A stretch of DNA of 64,000 nt from Thermodesulfobacteriota bacterium. Its GTDB lineage: Bacteria > Desulfobacterota_D > UBA1144 > Nemesobacterales > UBA2774. This document shows positions 60,087-64,000 of this stretch, one piece after another. The DNA lies in NCBI GenBank assembly GCA_041753155.1, contig JBGSVA010000041.1:7583-71582 (forward strand), read 5' to 3'. How positions within the stretch are numbered: the first letter of the stretch is position 1; each line of letters opens with the position of its first letter. The translations under genes were made by a program, and so were the position numbers. The notes beneath the pieces were generated by a model. It had not been told where the DNA came from. It did not search any database and saw only the letters and a program-made list of their open reading frames with translations.

Positions 60087-62357
60087 TTATGTTTTCTGCA
60101 GCGTTTTGCCGAATCTTATACCGAACACGTTTTTAATTTCCGGCATGAGATACGATTCAGCCAAACCCTTGAAATTTTCCAAGCTACCCTCAAGCCCCTT
60201 TTTCACAAAGAACCTCAATCCCTCTCGTATGCCGACATTTTGAAGTCTTTCCTCTCTCAAATCGTTCCACCTATTGCTGTCACCGTAAAAGAACTTTACG
60301 AGGTCAGCGAATGTTTTTTTGTCTTCAAGCAGCTCATATTCGATTCCGGCTACTGTATATTCTCGTTTGGTACTGGTATGCACTACGCTGCATCTGAACG
60401 TGTATTCTGCACCGTAACCGTCCTTTAAATCTATCAGCGCTTCTTCCCCCTGCCGGATGCTCGGACCCATCGCACTGGACGCGAATTCGACTCTCGCGCC
60501 GCCGAGAGACAGATCTTTAATTTTTGCATCGACGGAATTATTAAATCGAGGGAAGTAGATCTTTGCGGGCATAGTGATCGGGAGTCTGTGATACTTTCTT
60601 ATATGTCTTTTCTCCCATACCACACCGAGGCACGCCAGAACGATGAAAAGGTTGTAAACGCTCCACGCACCGCAAATAGCAATGACATCGCGATAAGCCG
60701 GGTGTGAGAACCATTTGACCGCGGCTATCGGCAAGCTTATAAGGATCAATAGAAACAATAAATAAAAAGGCTTTGCCAATGAACTTAGCGATCCACTGAC
60801 GATATTAGTTCCCTTCGGGGTAATTTTGAAGCTCGGGGACTTAGGTTTTACAACTGCTGACACGACGGCGGGCAGGATGAATATAGATTGGACTGTCTCA
60901 TAAAGCTCCGAGAAAAATGCCCACCTCACCCGGCCATAGAGATAGTCAGTTACCATCAATGTACCGATCACATGCGGGAGCGCATAAGCCAGGACCTGCT
61001 CGAAAGAGGCGTTATAGATTTTGAGACCGAAGAAAATAAAAGCCATGGGCGCAAGATAAAAAACAATCCGAGTAAAACCGAAAAACCAGAATAGGCACGA
61101 GTTCGTGTAGCATAACTTTTGATATAAAGACAACCCCTTTTTGAGTAAAGGGTTTTTTAACATGAAAATCTGAGTCATTCCCTGCGACCAGCGGCTTCTT
61201 TGCAGTATAAAATCATTAAACGTTTCCGGGGACAGACCGCATGACATTGGTCTGGATATATATGCGCTGTTATATCCCTTAGCATGCAATTCGAGCGCTG
61301 TCTCAGCATCTTCGGTTATCGTTTCACCTGATATTCCGCCAACCTCTTCCAAATATTTCCTTCTCAAGACAGCGGCGGACCCGCAGAAGAATGCCGAGTT
61401 CCAGAAATCCAGGCCGAGCAGTATTGAGCCGAAGAACATTTCGTTCTCCATAGGGGCCTGCTCAAAGGTGGCCAGGTTCTTCTCGACCGGATTCGGGTTA
61501 ATAAAGAAATGAGGGGTCTGGACTAAGAATAGTTTCTTGTCCCTAAGAAAAAGACCGACGGTATTTTTCAGAATATCTCTCGAGGGCACATGGTCACAAT
61601 CCAGAATAAGGATCAGCTCTCCGGCCGTTTGCTTCAGAGCGTTATTTATATTTCCGGCCTTGGCTTTTTCGTTACGCTCCCTTGTTATATACTGGACCCC
61701 GAGCTGTTCCGCCAGTTCCGTGAGGTTTCTATACCTGTCACGTGCGTGTTTGCATGTCCTTAGGTCATTCCTTCGCACCTCAGTCGAACCATCGTCCAAT
61801 ATATAGATATTGAGCTTCTCTCTGGGGTAATCTATCTGTGTGCACGCCAGTGCAGTGATATGGACTATGTCTTCGTGTTCGGTGTACGTTGGGATTAGAA
61901 TATCGACTGTCGGAAGGTCAGCCTCGGGAGGTATGGGGACGGGCGCCCGTTTGAGTGGCCATATATTAACAAAAATACCCAAAAGATGAACAACCAGACT
62001 ATAACTTTCTGCTGCATAAAGTATGAGTGCCGCAATAAAATCAAACAAACCAAGGTAAAACAGCGTGCTGTTAGTTCTCCAGAACCAGTACCTGACGGAA
62101 ATGAATGAGGCAATCAGAAGAAATAAGATCCTGACCGGCACCTTGTTTAGTATGTATTGTTTTTGTCTCAGGAAAATGAGTGGGATGAGCAATCCCCAGC
62201 CGAAAATAAATTGGTCCGTTATAGGAAGATATATAGCGGACAGATAAAGGAATACCGTCGCGCCGAAAATAGCCGAGACAATGGCCGCCGCAAACGCATA
62301 ATTTTTATTCGCAGTCGTATGAACTAAATCCGTTGATATAGGAATCGACTTTTCCAT
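60087..62357 (-). CDS. bcsA: Cellulose synthase catalytic subunit (GT2) with a C-terminal PilZ domain
   Basis: DDGS, DCDH, TED and QRSRW motifs. PilZ RKYHR ... DLSLGG. Confidence 0.9.
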   Translation of the reverse strand: MEKSIPISTDLVHTTANKNYAFAAAIVSAIFGATVFLYLSAIYLPITDQFIFGWGLLIPLIFLRQKQYILNKVPVRILFLLIASFISVRYWFWRTNSTLFYLGLFDFIAALILYAAESYSLVVHLLGIFVNIWPLKRAPVPIPPEADLPTVDILIPTYTEHEDIVHITALACTQIDYPREKLNIYILDDGSTEVRRNDLRTCKHARDRYRNLTELAEQLGVQYITRERNEKAKAGNINNALKQTAGELILILDCDHVPSRDILKNTVGLFLRDKKLFLVQTPHFFINPNPVEKNLATFEQAPMENEMFFGSILLGLDFWNSAFFCGSAAVLRRKYLEEVGGISGETITEDAETALELHAKGYNSAYISRPMSCGLSPETFNDFILQRSRWSQGMTQIFMLKNPLLKKGLSLYQKLCYTNSCLFWFFGFTRIVFYLAPMAFIFFGLKIYNASFEQVLAYALPHVIGTLMVTDYLYGRVRWAFFSELYETVQSIFILPAVVSAVVKPKSPSFKITPKGTNIVSGSLSSLAKPFYLLFLLILISLPIAAVKWFSHPAYRDVIAICGAWSVYNLFIVLACLGVVWEKRHIRKYHRLPITMPAKIYFPRFNNSVDAKIKDLSLGGARVEFASSAMGPSIRQGEEALIDLKDGYGAEYTFRCSVVHTSTKREYTVAGIEYELLEDKKTFADLVKFFYGDSNRWNDLREERLQNVGIREGLRFFVKKGLEGSLENFKGLAESYLMPEIKNVFGIRFGKTLQKT

Positions 62358-62916
62358 TTCTACCTGAGAAGCATGAATCAGCTTTAAGATGCATTTGCTG
62401 CATTATAATTATCTTTATTGTGTAACGTGCAAAAACTGTGCCAGAGTTTGTTTTTGGATGCAATTGGTTGTAAGCAAAGGATATTTTCACCGGAATGTCC
62501 AAAAACCGTCATATTGATTGACAAATTTTGCCAGTAATACTCAATGAGTGACCTAAAGACGTTTTCTGTTCGCCGGATAAATTTCTTCTCGATTCGGAAT
62601 AAGTGAAAAAGTAGTTATTTAAATTATATGTCGCCCATGTTCTTTAGAGAGATATAGCGTGCCTGGAGGGAGTTGACCACCAAAGCTTTGTATCCTTAAC
62701 ATGATTTGAGGATATGTCCCGTACTTCAGGAAGAACTTCACAGCTTTCCTCAGATGCATCTAAATCACCCTCAATTTGTATGACAATCTTATAAAATAGA
62801 TTTTATTAATTGTCGCAGGGAATTATAACTCATTGAGATGATTGGTATTATATTACGAATTAACGCCGCCGACTCCAGCCATATGATCTTTTTATCATGC
62901 ATGGAAGAAAGAATGA

Positions 62917-62950
62917 TGGATGGTTCTTAGAATATTCTTAGAAAAAATAA
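62917..62950. repeat. Remnant (T4) of the distal arm of the tRNA-fragment repeat (ggatggttcttagaa.a.tcttagaaaa)
   Basis: A ~30-bp match to the distal arm of T2/T3. Confidence 0.4.
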
Positions 62951-63074
62951 TGAGGAGTTTGAACTAGATCAGAGAAGACTATATAACCTAAAATAGAAGT
63001 ATATTTTACTCATGATGTTCCCTTTTTTAACTCAAGACCACATGTGAAGGGCGTGAGTGGGGGTGGAAGATAAA

Positions 63075-64000
63075 GTGGATGATATAGATAAATCAAAAGA
63101 GCAACTCATACATGAGTTAACCAAACTTCGTGATACCGCTTCTTGCCTTAGCGATGTCTCTACTCATGAGCAGTTCGGTGACAACTTCCAAGAAGCCCTT
63201 TCTCTTCTCCGTGCAACGCTTGAATCAACTGCGGACGGCATTCTTGTAGTGAACAGAGAAGGAAAGGTAACGAGTTTTAACCGAAAGTTTTTCGAGATGT
63301 GGCAGATACCCGAGTCTATTGCATCGTCACGAGATGATAACAAGTTGCTGGAGTTTGTGCTGAACCAGTTAAACAACCCTCAATGCTTTATCTCAAAGGT
63401 GAGAGAACTCTACAACAATCCTGAGGCGGAGAGCCTTGATATCCTCGAATTCCGCGATGGAAAGATATTCGAGCGTTATTCTCGGCCCCAGAGAATCGAG
63501 AATACGATCGTCGGACGAGTATGGAGCTTTCGCGACATAACCGAACACAAGAAAGCGGAAGAGGAGTTGATACTACTTAATACGCTAATGAAAGCAGTAC
63601 ACAGGTTTCTCGACCTGAAAGATGTTTATAAGGTCGCATTAGACATGGTCACTAGTATGGATAATGTAGATATGGTGATGATTTATATTGTAGACAAAGA
63701 CAAAAAGGAGGCGGTACTTCAAGCCGAGAGAAACCTTCCCGAATTTTATATAAAAAGGGCAGGAAGAATACCGTATCCAAGGGGGATTACTTGGAAAGCG
63801 ATTAATAGCGGCACTGTAATAAATATCGAAGACGCCCAGAAAGACCCTGAAATAGGACCTGCAGGCAGAGACCTTGGACACCATAGCCTCTTAGGTGTTC
63901 CTATACTTTTAGAAAATGATGTCATCGGCGTTGTATGGTTTACGAGTTATAAAGAACGCAAGTTTAGTGAGAGAGAAGTACGTTTACTTTCAGCTATGGG
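63075..64000 (+). CDS. PAS-GAF sensor protein, 5' portion. It is open to the window end with a probable GTG start; the output domain lies beyond the window.
   Basis: Manual translation shows a PAS domain (ADGILVVNREGKVTSFNRKFFEMWQ...VWSFRDITEHKKAEEEL) followed by a GAF-like domain. It is absent from the ORF track because no stop falls within the window. Confidence 0.65.
   Translation, partial: MDDIDKSKEQLIHELTKLRDTASCLSDVSTHEQFGDNFQEALSLLRATLESTADGILVVNREGKVTSFNRKFFEMWQIPESIASSRDDNKLLEFVLNQLNNPQCFISKVRELYNNPEAESLDILEFRDGKIFERYSRPQRIENTIVGRVWSFRDITEHKKAEEELILLNTLMKAVHRFLDLKDVYKVALDMVTSMDNVDMVMIYIVDKDKKEAVLQAERNLPEFYIKRAGRIPYPRGITWKAINSGTVINIEDAQKDPEIGPAGRDLGHHSLLGVPILLENDVIGVVWFTSYKERKFSEREVRLLSAM

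Noticed and set aside
62515-62545. A TTGACA-containing promoter upstream of the PAS-GAF gene
   Set aside because: The spacing to any acceptable -10 is poor (14 nt to tactca), and it lies about 550 bp from the gene start. It was not called.

Overview
This 64-kb window comes from a fairly GC-rich bacterial chromosome. Nearly every ORF-track protein could be assigned from motifs read directly in the translations.

The left ~31 kb is ordinary, denser, higher-GC chromosome:
- a GH15-like glycosidase 3' end, a DUF547 protein, and an unusual flavoprotein::NapH-type polyferredoxin fusion;
- an efflux/transport block with a HlyD adaptor, two tandem FUSC paralogues, an NhaP antiporter and a Ca/Na antiporter;
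- ogg, gatB, an HD-GYP response regulator, carA, iorAB, a small-ORF/nfi/DUSP operon, gshB, gatCA and rsmI.

The right half (~32-63 kb) is lower-GC and looks accessory:
- a ~19-kb glycan-biosynthesis block (YfhO-like protein, rfbACB ... rfbD, several GT2/GT4 genes, two sulfotransferases, a radical-SAM/SPASM enzyme, a 2OG-Fe oxygenase, a PIG-L::GT2 fusion, methyltransferases);
- a 2.2-kb AT-rich TetR/alpha-beta-hydrolase cassette;
- a bcsA-B-Z-C cellulose operon with a divergent PAS-GAF sensor gene running off the window end.

Two repeat families are the most unusual content.

(1) A ~160-170-bp structured intergenic element occurs three times, at ~15.5, 20.8 and 30.1 kb, always between convergent gene ends. 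Two of its internal stems are kept by compensatory base changes. One copy carries perfect 23-bp terminal inverted repeats. Clusters of CACAC-N3-GTGTG mini-hairpins accompany it.

(2) A ~200-bp repeat begins with the 3' half of tRNA-Ser(UGA) on the minus strand. It has three full copies (31.9, 51.2, 53.4 kb) and one remnant (62.9 kb), all in direct orientation. The copies lie at the junctions between the glycan block, the TetR cassette and the bcs operon. This is consistent with tandem island accretion at a tRNA-Ser att site, or with a tRNA-derived mobile repeat.

Within the glycan block, a 64-codon ORF overlaps the stop codon of the first sulfotransferase (ATGA overlap) and sits just upstream of the 2OG-oxygenase and rSAM/SPASM genes. 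It is flagged as a speculative candidate for a modified peptide.

No CRISPR array, rRNA gene or intact tRNA gene was found.
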